Positions 29,163 through 38,961 of a DNA stretch of 64,000 nt are shown here, piece by piece (positions within the stretch are counted from its first letter, which is position 1; every line of letters starts with the position of its first letter). The notes under the pieces were generated by a model. The model saw nothing but the letters and a program-made list of their open reading frames with translations. It did not search any database and was not told the origin of the DNA. The stretch lies in assembly GCA_043821645.1 (NCBI GenBank), contig JBDRCO010000068.1:224001-288000 (forward strand), given 5' to 3'. The position numbers were made by a program, and so were the translations under genes. The stretch is from Pseudomonadota bacterium. GTDB taxonomy: Bacteria; Myxococcota; JACRCW01; JAFGSX01.

Positions 29163-30026
29163 ATGACACGACACAACCGGGTCGGGTGGCTGCTGCTGGG
29201 CATGGCGCTGTGGCCCGTGGGCTGCGAGTGCGGTGAGGCTCCACCACCCGGGGGCGGGCCCGACGCTGGCTCCTTCGATGTGCGGCCGACCATCGTCTAT
29301 GCCGACATCGAGGGCGCGCAGCAGCTGGTGGTGGTCGGTGACACGCTGGCCGCCGGTGGTGGCGTGCCCATCGCTGCCAACTTCGTGTCCCTGGTCCTGC
29401 ACAACGACGACACGGCGTTTCCGGACTTCGCCGGTCAGGACCTCGAGACCCTGCGCCCGGGCAGCGACCGCTTCAACCTGGCGGTGGATGGGGCTCGGGT
29501 CCAGGGCTTGCTCGAGGTGCAGGCGCCCAACGTGCCTGAAAACGCCACCGCCGTGGTCCTGGCGACAGGTCTCGAGGACTTTCTGGACCAGGCCGGGAGC
29601 AGCGCCGAGGAGGGAGCCGCCGAGGCCGCGATCTTTGGTGCCCTCCTCGACGATGTGGTGGGCAGCCTGCGCAATCTGTCGCGCTTTCCGGTGCTGCCCC
29701 GGGTCTACCTGTTGACCATCCCTGACGCCAGCGACGGCGCCGGCGACCTTGGCGAGCTGTACGGCCTCGGCACCTGGGCCGATGCCCGGTCCGTGCTCAC
29801 CGCCTACAACGCGGAGATCGTCGAGGTGGCCTCGCGCCAGAGCGCGGTGGTGGTGGACGTCCGCAGCCACTTTTTGGGCCATGGCGCACATTTTGACGAC
29901 ACCGCCAACCCCAACCACGACGCGAGCGACGCCACGGCCTGGCTGCAGCTCGACCTCCGGCGGCCCAATCGCCGGGGCCACAGCGAGCTCAGGCGCCTGG
30001 TCCTGGACAAGGTGCTGGGCCACTGA
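29163..30026 (+). CDS. SGNH/GDSL-like lipoprotein with atypical catalytic motifs
   Basis: Lipobox PVGC, VVVGDTLAAG, NLAVDGAR and DLRRPNRRGH. Confidence 0.7.
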   Translation: MTRHNRVGWLLLGMALWPVGCECGEAPPPGGGPDAGSFDVRPTIVYADIEGAQQLVVVGDTLAAGGGVPIAANFVSLVLHNDDTAFPDFAGQDLETLRPGSDRFNLAVDGARVQGLLEVQAPNVPENATAVVLATGLEDFLDQAGSSAEEGAAEAAIFGALLDDVVGSLRNLSRFPVLPRVYLLTIPDASDGAGDLGELYGLGTWADARSVLTAYNAEIVEVASRQSAVVVDVRSHFLGHGAHFDDTANPNHDASDATAWLQLDLRRPNRRGHSELRRLVLDKVLGH

Positions 30027-30118
30027 GCGACGAGAGCGCCGGGGAGTGACCTCCATGCCCCGGCCGCTCCGAGACCACCAGGGCGGGTCGACCGCTCCCC
30101 AGAAAGCGAGGACAGACC

Positions 30119-31510
30119 ATGGGACTCCTGATCAAGAACGGCACGCTGGTCACCGCCATCGACGAGTTCAAGGCCGATGTGTACTGCGACGGGGGCACCA
30201 TCGCCGCCATCGGGGCCGATCTGAGCGCTGCCAAGAAGACCGGTGACGAGGTGGTGGACGCCGCGGGCCTGTACGTGCTGCCCGGCGGCATCGATCCGCA
30301 CACCCACTTCGAGCTCCCCTTCATGGGCACGGTGAGCGCCGACGACTTCGAGAGCGGCACCGCCGCGGCCCTGGCTGGCGGCACCACCTGCGTCATCGAC
30401 TTCGCCATCCCGGCCAAGGGCGGCACCCTGCGCGAGGCCCTCGACCAGTGGAAGGAGAAGGCCAAGAAGTCCGTCGCGGACTACGCCTTTCACATGGCCC
30501 TGACCGATCCCAGCGATGTCGTGATGAAGGAGATCCCGGAGCTGGTGCGGGAGCACGGTGTGACCTCGTTCAAGGCCTTCATGGCCTACAAGGGCGCCAT
30601 CGGCGTCGACGACGAGGCCCTGATCCGTTTCATGCAGGCCGTGAACCGCGGCGGCGGTCTGCTGTGGCTGCACGCCGAGAATGGAGACGCCATCCTGGAG
30701 CGGCAGCAGCGCTTTCTAGCCGAGGGCAAGACAGGTCCCGAGTGGCACGAGCCCAGCCGACCGGCCATCCTCGAGGGCGAGGCCGTGCAGCGCGCACTGG
30801 CCCTGGCCGAGCTGTACGAGGTCCCCATAGGCTTCGTGCACATGAGCAGCCGGGACGCCTACCAGGCCTTCGCCGCGGCCCGGGTGCGGGGCCAGCTCGC
30901 CTATGCCGAGACCTGCCCGCAGTACCTGGTGCTCGACGACAGCGTCTACCGCAAACCCGATTTCGAGGCCGCGACCTACGTCATGAGTCCGCCCATTCGA
31001 CCGGCGGGTCACAGCGAGTGGCTGTGGAAGGGCCTGCAGAACGGACTGCTGCAGACTGTCGGCACAGACCACTGCCCGTTCAAGCTGGTCGGGCAAAAAG
31101 ACATGGGCAAGGGCGACTTCACCAAGATCCCCAACGGCGGCCCTGGCGTCGAGAACCGGCTGCAGATCCTGTGGCACTTCGGCGTGGGCGGTGGCTGGCT
31201 CACGCGCCAGCAGTTCGTGGCCGCGACCTCGACCAACGTGGCGAGGCTCTATGGCATGTACCCGCGCAAGGGCGCGCTGCGCGTCGGATCCGACGCGGAT
31301 CTGGTACTGTGGGACCCCGACGCCAGCCAGACTCTGTCCGCCAAGAGCCAGTTCTCGCGCTGTGACCGCGCCCTGTACGAGGGCTTCAAGGTGACGGGCG
31401 CTCCGGCGCAGGTGGTCGCAGCAGGCCAGGTGAAGTTCGACCGGGGCTCGCTCAAGGTCGAGAAGGGTGCCGGTCGCTTTGTGGCGCGCACCCCCTACTC
31501 CCGGATGTAG
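30119..31510 (+). CDS. hydA: Dihydropyrimidinase (hydantoinase)
   Basis: PGGIDPHTH, AALAGGTT, SFKAFMAYK, HAENG, ETCPQYL, GTDHCPF and KIPNG. Confidence 0.95.
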   Translation: MGLLIKNGTLVTAIDEFKADVYCDGGTIAAIGADLSAAKKTGDEVVDAAGLYVLPGGIDPHTHFELPFMGTVSADDFESGTAAALAGGTTCVIDFAIPAKGGTLREALDQWKEKAKKSVADYAFHMALTDPSDVVMKEIPELVREHGVTSFKAFMAYKGAIGVDDEALIRFMQAVNRGGGLLWLHAENGDAILERQQRFLAEGKTGPEWHEPSRPAILEGEAVQRALALAELYEVPIGFVHMSSRDAYQAFAAARVRGQLAYAETCPQYLVLDDSVYRKPDFEAATYVMSPPIRPAGHSEWLWKGLQNGLLQTVGTDHCPFKLVGQKDMGKGDFTKIPNGGPGVENRLQILWHFGVGGGWLTRQQFVAATSTNVARLYGMYPRKGALRVGSDADLVLWDPDASQTLSAKSQFSRCDRALYEGFKVTGAPAQVVAAGQVKFDRGSLKVEKGAGRFVARTPYSRM

Positions 31511-31554
31511 AATCCCGCCCGTTCAATATCGGCGCTGCTGCGCCGTCCAACCAG

Positions 31555-32388
31555 TTGCGCAGTACCGCGCCGGGAGCGCAGGCCGTGGTGCAGATTCGAC
31601 AGGTGAGTGTGCTGCTGGCGATGACCGCCGTGCTGCTTGGCGTGGCGCCGCGGCGTGGCGAGATCAAGCCGCACCTGTTCGGCCGCATCGCATACCAGGG
31701 TGAGCTGACCGAGAGCCCTGGCGACATCGACAAGGTCGCCCTGTTCAAGCAGTTGCCACCCGGGGTAAGCGTTCTCGGCGAGGCGCGCATCGTGGTCGCG
31801 GACCAGCTGGAGCCAAGTGTCGAGTCTGCGGAGCGCGTGCTCAAGGAGGTCACCTCGCGCCTGGGCGGAGACGCCGTGGCCGTGGTGAGCAGCAAGGATG
31901 TCACCTCGACCTTTCGCAAGCCGCAGGGTGATCTGAAGCGCGGCACCGAGGCGCTCGAGGAGTTCGAGATGGCGGCGGTGGTGGCGCGCACCCACGAGGG
32001 CGGCGGCGTGCTGCTCATTGGCCCACACGAGCTCAACGTGACCGGGGCCGACCGCTTTGGCGACGCCGACGTCACCGGGCCGGTGACCCTGACCCTGAGC
32101 CGCACCCACGACATGCGCGAGTGGTCCATTGGCCGCGTCGGACCACGGTATCGCGCCGAGCGCCAGGACAGGGTGCTGACCGTGGTCACCGGACCATCGG
32201 GAGTCGAGTACGACGTGCGCATCGTGGGCAAGCGCGCAAAGGTTTACAGGCACGGCACACGCACCGAGATCACCCGGACCTCCGGCAACCCCAACAACGT
32301 CGTCGCGGTGCGCGAGGTCGAGCTTTACTACCAGGAGTTCGTGCTCAAGATCGGGAGTTTTGCGCTGGCAGCGCACCGGGGACCGTGA
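31555..32388 (+). CDS. Hypothetical exported protein
   Basis: Fills the gap between hydA and the aminotransferase and has an N-terminal hydrophobic segment. The start may be 31582-31621. Confidence 0.6.
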   Translation: MRSTAPGAQAVVQIRQVSVLLAMTAVLLGVAPRRGEIKPHLFGRIAYQGELTESPGDIDKVALFKQLPPGVSVLGEARIVVADQLEPSVESAERVLKEVTSRLGGDAVAVVSSKDVTSTFRKPQGDLKRGTEALEEFEMAAVVARTHEGGGVLLIGPHELNVTGADRFGDADVTGPVTLTLSRTHDMREWSIGRVGPRYRAERQDRVLTVVTGPSGVEYDVRIVGKRAKVYRHGTRTEITRTSGNPNNVVAVREVELYYQEFVLKIGSFALAAHRGP

Positions 32389-32463
32389 CCCAATCTGAGC
32401 GCACACCCCTGGCGGTGTGCAGTGATTCACCAGGGCATGCAGCGCGTGCCATGAGAGGTCGAC

Positions 32464-33762
32464 ATGGATTCGAAGGCGATTCGCGAGAAGCACAAGCAGT
32501 TTCTGTTTCCGGCGGTGGCCAACTACTACAAGTCTCCCCTGGTTCTCGAGAAGGGTGAGGGGATGTACGTGACCGACGCCGACGGCGTGCGTTACCTGGA
32601 CTTCTTCGGGGGTATCCTGACCGTCAGCGTGGGTCACTGTCACCCCGAGGTGAACCGCCGCGTCAAGGCGCAGATCGACACCCTGGGCCACACCAGCACC
32701 CTGTACCAGAATGCTCCCATCGTCGAGCTGGCCGAGACCCTGGCCGGGTTGGCGCCGGGCAAGCTGTCACAGACCTTCTTCACCGGCAGCGGCACAGAGG
32801 CCGACGAGACCGCGGTGGCCCTGGCCCAGGTGCACACCGGGAACCAGGAACTCATCGCCCTGCGCCATGGTTACTCGGGCCGCTCCATGCTGGCCATGAG
32901 CCTGACCGCACACTCCAACTACCGCGCGGTGCCGACACAGATCGCGGCCATCAAGCACGCACACAACCCCTACTGCTACCGCTGCCCCTTCAAGCTGACC
33001 TATCCCAAGTGCGATGTGGCCTGTGCCCGGGATATCGAGGAGCTGATCCGCACCACGACGACAGGCCGCATCGCGGGCATCCTCATCGAACCCATCCAGG
33101 GCGTGGGTGGCTTCGTGGTGGCACCCAAGGAGTACATCCAGGTCGCGGTGGACATCGTGCACAAAGCCGGCGGCCTGTTCATCTGTGACGAGGTGCAGAC
33201 CGGCTTTGGCCGCACCGGTGGCCGGATGTGGGGCATCGAGCACTGGGGCGTCGAGCCCGACATCATGACCATGGCCAAGGGCATCGCCAACGGCATGCCC
33301 ATCGCCGCCACCATGACCCGGCCCGAGATCGCGGCCAGCTACAAGGTCGGCACCATCAGCACCTACGGCGGCAACGCGATCTCCAGCACCGCGGCCAGTG
33401 CCACCATCGCTGTCATTCTCGAGCACAAGCTGGTCGAGAACTCCAGGCTGCGGGGCGACGAGCTGCGCGCGGGTCTCGAGGGCCTGAAGAAGAAGTACCC
33501 GAAGACCATAGGCGACGTACGAGGAATGGGGCTGATGCAGGCGCTCGAGCTGGTCAAGGACGAGACCGCTCAGGACCGCACGCCGAACCCCGAGGCCACC
33601 CTGGCACTGTTCGAGGCGACCCGCGAGCGCGGCCTGATCATCGGCAAGGGCGGTCTGTACGGCAACACCATCCGCATCGCACCGCCGCTCACCGTCGACG
33701 CCACGCAGGTCCAGGATGCCGTGAAGGTCCTGGATCAGAGTCTCGGTGCAATCGGCGCCTGA
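32464..33762 (+). CDS. Class III PLP aminotransferase (probable beta-alanine:pyruvate / AGXT2-like)
   Basis: YLDFFGG, EPIQGVGG, DEVQTGFGRTG and PDIMTMAKGIANG, plus gene context. Confidence 0.9.
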   Translation: MDSKAIREKHKQFLFPAVANYYKSPLVLEKGEGMYVTDADGVRYLDFFGGILTVSVGHCHPEVNRRVKAQIDTLGHTSTLYQNAPIVELAETLAGLAPGKLSQTFFTGSGTEADETAVALAQVHTGNQELIALRHGYSGRSMLAMSLTAHSNYRAVPTQIAAIKHAHNPYCYRCPFKLTYPKCDVACARDIEELIRTTTTGRIAGILIEPIQGVGGFVVAPKEYIQVAVDIVHKAGGLFICDEVQTGFGRTGGRMWGIEHWGVEPDIMTMAKGIANGMPIAATMTRPEIAASYKVGTISTYGGNAISSTAASATIAVILEHKLVENSRLRGDELRAGLEGLKKKYPKTIGDVRGMGLMQALELVKDETAQDRTPNPEATLALFEATRERGLIIGKGGLYGNTIRIAPPLTVDATQVQDAVKVLDQSLGAIGA

Positions 33763-33778
33763 GGACTGAACAAGAGAT

Positions 33779-36463
33779 TCAGCGACAGCCCACGTTGACG
33801 GTCTGTGGCCGGGCCGCAAAGGGTAAACTGCGACCTTGCCCGAGCTGGGCACCGGCGTTGGAGCCCCAGCAGCGCAGCACCCCGGCGCTGTCGACGGCGC
33901 AGGTGAACTCACCACCCGCGCTGAGGGACAGCACGGGCTCGAGCATGGTGTTCGGATCCAGGCGGACGCGCACGGGCTCGGAGCTGTTCGCCGTGCTGCC
34001 GTCGCCGAGCTGGCCATAGACGTTGGCGCCCCAGCACCAGGCCCGCTGATTCTGATCCAGAGCACAGCTGTGCGAGCCCCCGGCGGTCAGGGTGCTGACC
34101 TGGCTGAGGTTGCCCGCGACCTGCACCGGCGAGGTTCGCGTGGTGGTGCTGCCGTCGCCAAGCTGGCCGCTTCCATTGGCTCCCCAGCACCACACGAGGT
34201 CCCCGGTGCGCACCACGCAGGCGTGGGCATTGCCGACGGCGAGGGCCGTGGCATCCGCCAGGGCCTGGCCGGGGGACAGCTCGACCTGGCGCGCGAAGGG
34301 TTCCTGGGCGCTGGTAGGGGTGGCCAGCCGCCCGTCGTCACCGAGGCCCCAGCACCAGACCTCGCCGCTGCCGAGCCGAGCGCAGCCGTGGTAGTAGCCG
34401 GCCTGCACCTCGACCACATCGACGAGGGGCGTGCTGGCATCGCGCAGCACCTGCACCGCTCGAGGCTGGCTGCTCGTGTCCGGTCCGTCGCCCAGGGACT
34501 GGTAGCGATCCCCGCCCCAGCACCAGACCGTGCCCGCGCCATCGTCCAGGGCCGCACAGGCATGGGACTCCCCCAGACTGATGCTGCAAACAGGCTGCAG
34601 TACGGCCTGGGACTGCTGCGTGACCTGCACTGGAATCGCCTGGTTTCCCTGGCTGCCTCCATCGCCGAGCCGACCGAGGTAGTTCGATCCCCAGCACCAG
34701 GCGGTGCGGTCCTGAGCGATGGCACAGCTGAAGGCATCCGCACGGGAGGAGGCAAGCTGCTCGTGGTGAGCGACGCTGGTCCCGGCGAGGCGGGTCACGA
34801 CAGGCTGCGGCGGCCAGGCCAGAGTTCCAGTCAGACCGGTGCCAAGCTGCCCGCTCTCATTGCTGCCCCAGCACCATGTGGCGCCGTCGCTGAGCAGGGC
34901 ACAGGCGTGGGTCTGTGACGCGGCCACGGCCTTGGCAGGGCGAGCCGCGCAACTGCCCGGAGGCAGGCCGGGGCCAGGCTGGGGCGCAAGCACCGTGGGC
35001 TGGGCCGTGGCGTCGAGACCAAGCTGACCCTTGTCGTTGCTGCCCCAGCACCAGACAGCCCCGTCGCCCAGCACGCCGCAGGTGTGGGAGTGGCCAGCGG
35101 CAAGGAATGTGAAACCCTGTGCCGCCGCGGTCTCCAGGGTGTAGACGGTTGCCGGTAGCGGTCGATCGATCTCTGACCCGTCACCGAGGGCGCCACTGCT
35201 GTTGCTGCCCCAGCAACGAGCGCTGCCATCGTCGAGCAGGGCGCAACTGTGGCTGGATCCCAGGGCCAGCTGCACAGCAGACAGGAGTCCGGGCACCGCC
35301 ACAGCCTTGGTGCGCGAGACACCGCCGCCATCCCCGAGCTGACCCGAGTTGCCCTCGCCCCAGCACCTCACCTCGCCCGTCGCCCTACGCGCACAGCAGT
35401 GGCTGCTTCCGCAGGCGATTTCTTCGACCCCGTCGAGAATTCCACCCTCGGCGAGCTGAACCTGCACCAGCGCAGGACTGTTGTCGTTGGTGCCATTGCC
35501 GAGCTGGCCTCGACTGTTGCTCCCGGTGCACTGCACGGAGCCCGAGCTGCTGCGGACACAGCTGATGTAGCTGCCGCAGGCGACCTGGGCGGCACCCTGA
35601 ACAGGTACCCCCGCACCATCGAGCACGGGCGTCGCGTGCAGGAAGGTCTGTGTGGCGTAGTCACCCTGCCCGAGCTGGCCGTACTGGTTGTTGCCCCAGC
35701 ACCAGGCCCTGCCGTCGATGCCAACGGCGCAGGCGTGAGTTCCCCCGACACCGACCTGGGCGATCCCTTGCATGGGCTCGGCACTGGCGTCACGCACGTT
35801 CACCGCGCGGGGTGCGCTCGAGGTGGTGCCCTGTCCGAGCTGGCCATAATAGCCGGAGCCCCAGCACCACAGGCCACCGCTGTCGTCGACCGCGCAGAAG
35901 GTATTTCCCCGACCCGCCATGGACACGACGCCTTGCAGGGGCTCGTCCACGTCGGCCAGCAGGACCTGTTGCGGGAGCGCCGTGGCTCCTCCGGTGGAAC
36001 CACTTCCCAGCGCGGACGCTGTCGCATCGCCGGTGCACCACACCGTGGCGTCGTCGCGCAGGGCGCAGGTCAGCTCCTCCGCCAGGGCCAGGCCACTGGC
36101 CGGAGCAGGACCGCAGCGCCCACTCGTGCAGCCCGTGCCCGGCTCGCACGCGCTGCACGCGGATCCGCCTGTTCCGCAGGCCAGCTCCGCATCGCCGGCC
36201 AGGCACTGCTCGCCGCTCCAGCAACCGGTGCAGCAGGTGTCCGCGTGACACAGCCCTCCGGCGCAGATGCCGCTGTGATAGCAGAAGCCACCGACGGTAT
36301 CGCAGGCGTAGCAGGACGGACACTCGGCGTCCCTGGTACAGGTCGTGGCCGGCAGCGAGGGCGGACACGAGATCAGCAATGCGCTCCCGCTCAACGCGGT
36401 GGTGACCAGAAGGCTGATCAGGATTCCGCGACCTCTGCGGTACTCACTCAACAGGCACCTCAC
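33779..36463 (-). CDS. Lipoprotein with Cys-rich N-terminus and two RCC1/BLIP-II beta-propeller regions
   Basis: About 14 repeats of H.CA....G..WCWG.N..GQLG.G and lipobox LISC. The start may be TTG 36451. Confidence 0.92.
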   Translation of the reverse strand: MRCLLSEYRRGRGILISLLVTTALSGSALLISCPPSLPATTCTRDAECPSCYACDTVGGFCYHSGICAGGLCHADTCCTGCWSGEQCLAGDAELACGTGGSACSACEPGTGCTSGRCGPAPASGLALAEELTCALRDDATVWCTGDATASALGSGSTGGATALPQQVLLADVDEPLQGVVSMAGRGNTFCAVDDSGGLWCWGSGYYGQLGQGTTSSAPRAVNVRDASAEPMQGIAQVGVGGTHACAVGIDGRAWCWGNNQYGQLGQGDYATQTFLHATPVLDGAGVPVQGAAQVACGSYISCVRSSSGSVQCTGSNSRGQLGNGTNDNSPALVQVQLAEGGILDGVEEIACGSSHCCARRATGEVRCWGEGNSGQLGDGGGVSRTKAVAVPGLLSAVQLALGSSHSCALLDDGSARCWGSNSSGALGDGSEIDRPLPATVYTLETAAAQGFTFLAAGHSHTCGVLGDGAVWCWGSNDKGQLGLDATAQPTVLAPQPGPGLPPGSCAARPAKAVAASQTHACALLSDGATWCWGSNESGQLGTGLTGTLAWPPQPVVTRLAGTSVAHHEQLASSRADAFSCAIAQDRTAWCWGSNYLGRLGDGGSQGNQAIPVQVTQQSQAVLQPVCSISLGESHACAALDDGAGTVWCWGGDRYQSLGDGPDTSSQPRAVQVLRDASTPLVDVVEVQAGYYHGCARLGSGEVWCWGLGDDGRLATPTSAQEPFARQVELSPGQALADATALAVGNAHACVVRTGDLVWCWGANGSGQLGDGSTTTRTSPVQVAGNLSQVSTLTAGGSHSCALDQNQRAWCWGANVYGQLGDGSTANSSEPVRVRLDPNTMLEPVLSLSAGGEFTCAVDSAGVLRCWGSNAGAQLGQGRSLPFAARPQTVNVGCR

Positions 36464-37538
36464 CGTCGGCCGCAGCGCCGGTCGCCATCACGATGGCCAC
36501 CACGCCCAGGGGGATGAGCAGGACCCCGGTCGTGCCGAGGGCCACCCCCGTCCACCAGAAGCCTTCCGCGGCGTGGTAACGCTCCACCTCCGCGCGGTAA
36601 GCATCGCGATCTGTGACCACGGTCCTTTCACCTTCCACGGTCCGCGTGTACTGCTGGCTCGCCAGCCAGGGCAGGAGCAGCTGTGAACTCGCCACCAGGC
36701 CCGCGACGAGCACGGCGGCGCCAAGCACGGAGGTGGCCACGCCGACGGGAAGGAGCCAGGCCGGGGACCCTGGGGGATCCTCGACCTTGGGGCGGATCGA
36801 AGCCCGGGGGGGCTGGTCCTGAGAGCTGAGGCGGACCGTACCCGAGGCCAGCTCGAGCTCGAGCACCGTGGTGCTGCCGTAGGTGACCTCGACGAAATGG
36901 TCGAAGTCAGGGCGCCCCTGCTGAACGACGCGAAGAGCATGCTTGCCAGGAGAGAGGGTCCGCAACAGGGGCAAGGGCGACACACCGACCTCGCCGCCGT
37001 CGATGAAGACCCGAGCGCCAGGCTCGTCGATGCGGAGATCGAGAGCGCCCACGAACTGGGTGGGAGCCACGAGCTGGACCGCGAGCTCTCGCACACCGCG
37101 AATGAGCACGGCCTGCTCGCCTTGAAGCACCACGGACTGGCGAGCCAGCACGGTCCGCCCCACGCTGTCCACCAGCTTGGCGTCGAGCACGTACGATGCA
37201 CCAAGCCCTGCCACCGTCGCGTACAGAACCCGGTCGGCACCTATGCCCCGCCCAAATTCCGCAAGGCAATCCGCATGGCCCGGGCACTGCTTTCCGACGA
37301 TGTCCCACTGGTCCTTGAGCGCCGTGGCCTCGGCCCGCGGCACCACGATCACCTCTCCGATCGCGGACAGTTCCGCGTGCACGAGAGCCTCGAGTCGCAG
37401 GGCGACCTCGGCGTCGGTCCCCAGAGGCACCAGGGGATAGACGGCGACGGTGCGCGACGACAGGGCTTTCTGGCTTGCGGGTTCCGCTGCGAGGGCCACA
37501 GCCAGGACGATCAAACTCAGGGGGGCAGCGGCCATCAT
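36444..37538 (-). CDS. TolB-N/CsgG-like plus PEGA domain protein with C-terminal hydrophobic hairpin
   Basis: Signal peptide, CPGHADCLAEFGRGIGADRVLYATV.GLG, PEGA segment PGARVFIDG.EVG.SPL...L.PGKH.LRV, and two hydrophobic segments. Confidence 0.85.
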   Translation of the reverse strand: MMAAAPLSLIVLAVALAAEPASQKALSSRTVAVYPLVPLGTDAEVALRLEALVHAELSAIGEVIVVPRAEATALKDQWDIVGKQCPGHADCLAEFGRGIGADRVLYATVAGLGASYVLDAKLVDSVGRTVLARQSVVLQGEQAVLIRGVRELAVQLVAPTQFVGALDLRIDEPGARVFIDGGEVGVSPLPLLRTLSPGKHALRVVQQGRPDFDHFVEVTYGSTTVLELELASGTVRLSSQDQPPRASIRPKVEDPPGSPAWLLPVGVATSVLGAAVLVAGLVASSQLLLPWLASQQYTRTVEGERTVVTDRDAYRAEVERYHAAEGFWWTGVALGTTGVLLIPLGVVAIVMATGAAADGEVPVE

Positions 37539-37586
37539 TGATTTATAGCAGCACCAAGGGGCGAGCGGGAGGGGGCGGACACAAGT

Positions 37587-38813
37587 TCATCCGTTGTTCT
37601 TATCACCTGATCCGCTCTGTCGACTCGCCAGCACGCTCTGGCGTACGGTCTGACCAAGCGCCAGACAGCGTTCGAGCACGTCCTCGGTGGGCCGGTACTG
37701 GGCGCTCACCCCGGGACTCACCAGCTCGACCTTCATCTCCTCGAGCGCCGCGTTGAGCTGGCGCACGCCCGTGTCGGCCCAGCCGTAGGATCCAAAACTC
37801 GCGCCGATCTTTCCTCTGGGCTTGAGACCCTTGAGGTAGCTCAGCAGGTCATTCATCCCGGGCAGCAGGCCCGTATTGAAAACCGGCGAGCCAAGCACCA
37901 CGGCCCGGGCCTCGAGCAGGTCGGCAACCACGTCGCTGCGGTGATTCTTGCGCAGGTCGAAGACCTTGAGCTCCACCCCGGGACCGTCGAGTCCCCGGGC
38001 CACCGCCCGCGCCATCTGCGCCGTGCTGTCCCACATGGTGTCGAAGATGATCACGGCCTTGGGCTGCGCGACACCCTCGGACCAGCCCCGGTAGCGCGCG
38101 CGGATGCCCTCGACGTCGGCGCGCCACAGCACCCCGTGGTCCGGCGCCAGGATGCGCGGCTGCCAGCCCCTGTCGTCGAGCCGGGTGAGGAACTTCTTCA
38201 TGGCGGGTGCGGTGGGCCAGAAGATGTTGGCGAAGTACTTGGCGGCCTGCCAGTTCAGCTCTCCGGCCGCGACCTCGTCGTCATAGCGGGCGCTACTCGC
38301 CAGGTGCTGGCCAAAGATGTCGTTGCTGAACAGGAGTCTCTCCTCGACCAGGTAGCTGACCATGCTGTCGGGCCAGTGCAGCATCTTGCTCGGCATGAAC
38401 TGCAGGGTCCGGCCGCCCAGATCGAGTGTGCTGTCCTCGCCCACCTCGACGAAGGGCCAGTCCGCTCGATGAAAGTGCGCCAGCAGGGTCTTCTTGCCAT
38501 CGGCGGAACACACCAGCTGCTTTGGCGCGCAGGCCTCGAGGATCGCGGGGAGCGCTCCCGAGTGATCCATCTCGGCGTGGTTGCTGACCACGATGTCGAT
38601 GGTCGCCGGATCCAGCACCTCACGGATGCTCTCCAGCAAGGAGCTTGCGTGCTCCACCTTGACCGTGTCGACGAGAACGGTGTGCTCCTTGCCGCGGATC
38701 AAGAAGGCATTGTAGGTGCTGCCTTGCTCGGTGGCGTAGCCGTGAAAATCGCGCAGCGCCCAGTCCACGGCGCCAACCCAGTACAGGTCCTGGCAGATCT
38801 CGATGGCCTTCAT
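37587..38813 (-). CDS. fprA: Flavodiiron protein (FprA / A-type flavoprotein; O2/NO reductase)
   Basis: FHGY..GSTYNAFLI, NHAEMDHSG, LHWPDSM, SNDIFGQH and APDHG, followed by a flavodoxin domain (TMWDST, FGSYGW). Confidence 0.93.
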   Translation of the reverse strand: MKAIEICQDLYWVGAVDWALRDFHGYATEQGSTYNAFLIRGKEHTVLVDTVKVEHASSLLESIREVLDPATIDIVVSNHAEMDHSGALPAILEACAPKQLVCSADGKKTLLAHFHRADWPFVEVGEDSTLDLGGRTLQFMPSKMLHWPDSMVSYLVEERLLFSNDIFGQHLASSARYDDEVAAGELNWQAAKYFANIFWPTAPAMKKFLTRLDDRGWQPRILAPDHGVLWRADVEGIRARYRGWSEGVAQPKAVIIFDTMWDSTAQMARAVARGLDGPGVELKVFDLRKNHRSDVVADLLEARAVVLGSPVFNTGLLPGMNDLLSYLKGLKPRGKIGASFGSYGWADTGVRQLNAALEEMKVELVSPGVSAQYRPTEDVLERCLALGQTVRQSVLASRQSGSGDKNNG

Positions 38814-38961
38814 GCGTCAATCTCCTGCGGTGTCATGCCTGGTGGTGGCCCCAAGCATGCCAGTGTGATCCCGAGACGCAAGCCTGAGCTCGAGGCTGGT
38901 TGACGGCACCGGGCACGACCTGCGATGACAGTCGGACGCACTGCGCAGCGACGAGCCCAGG

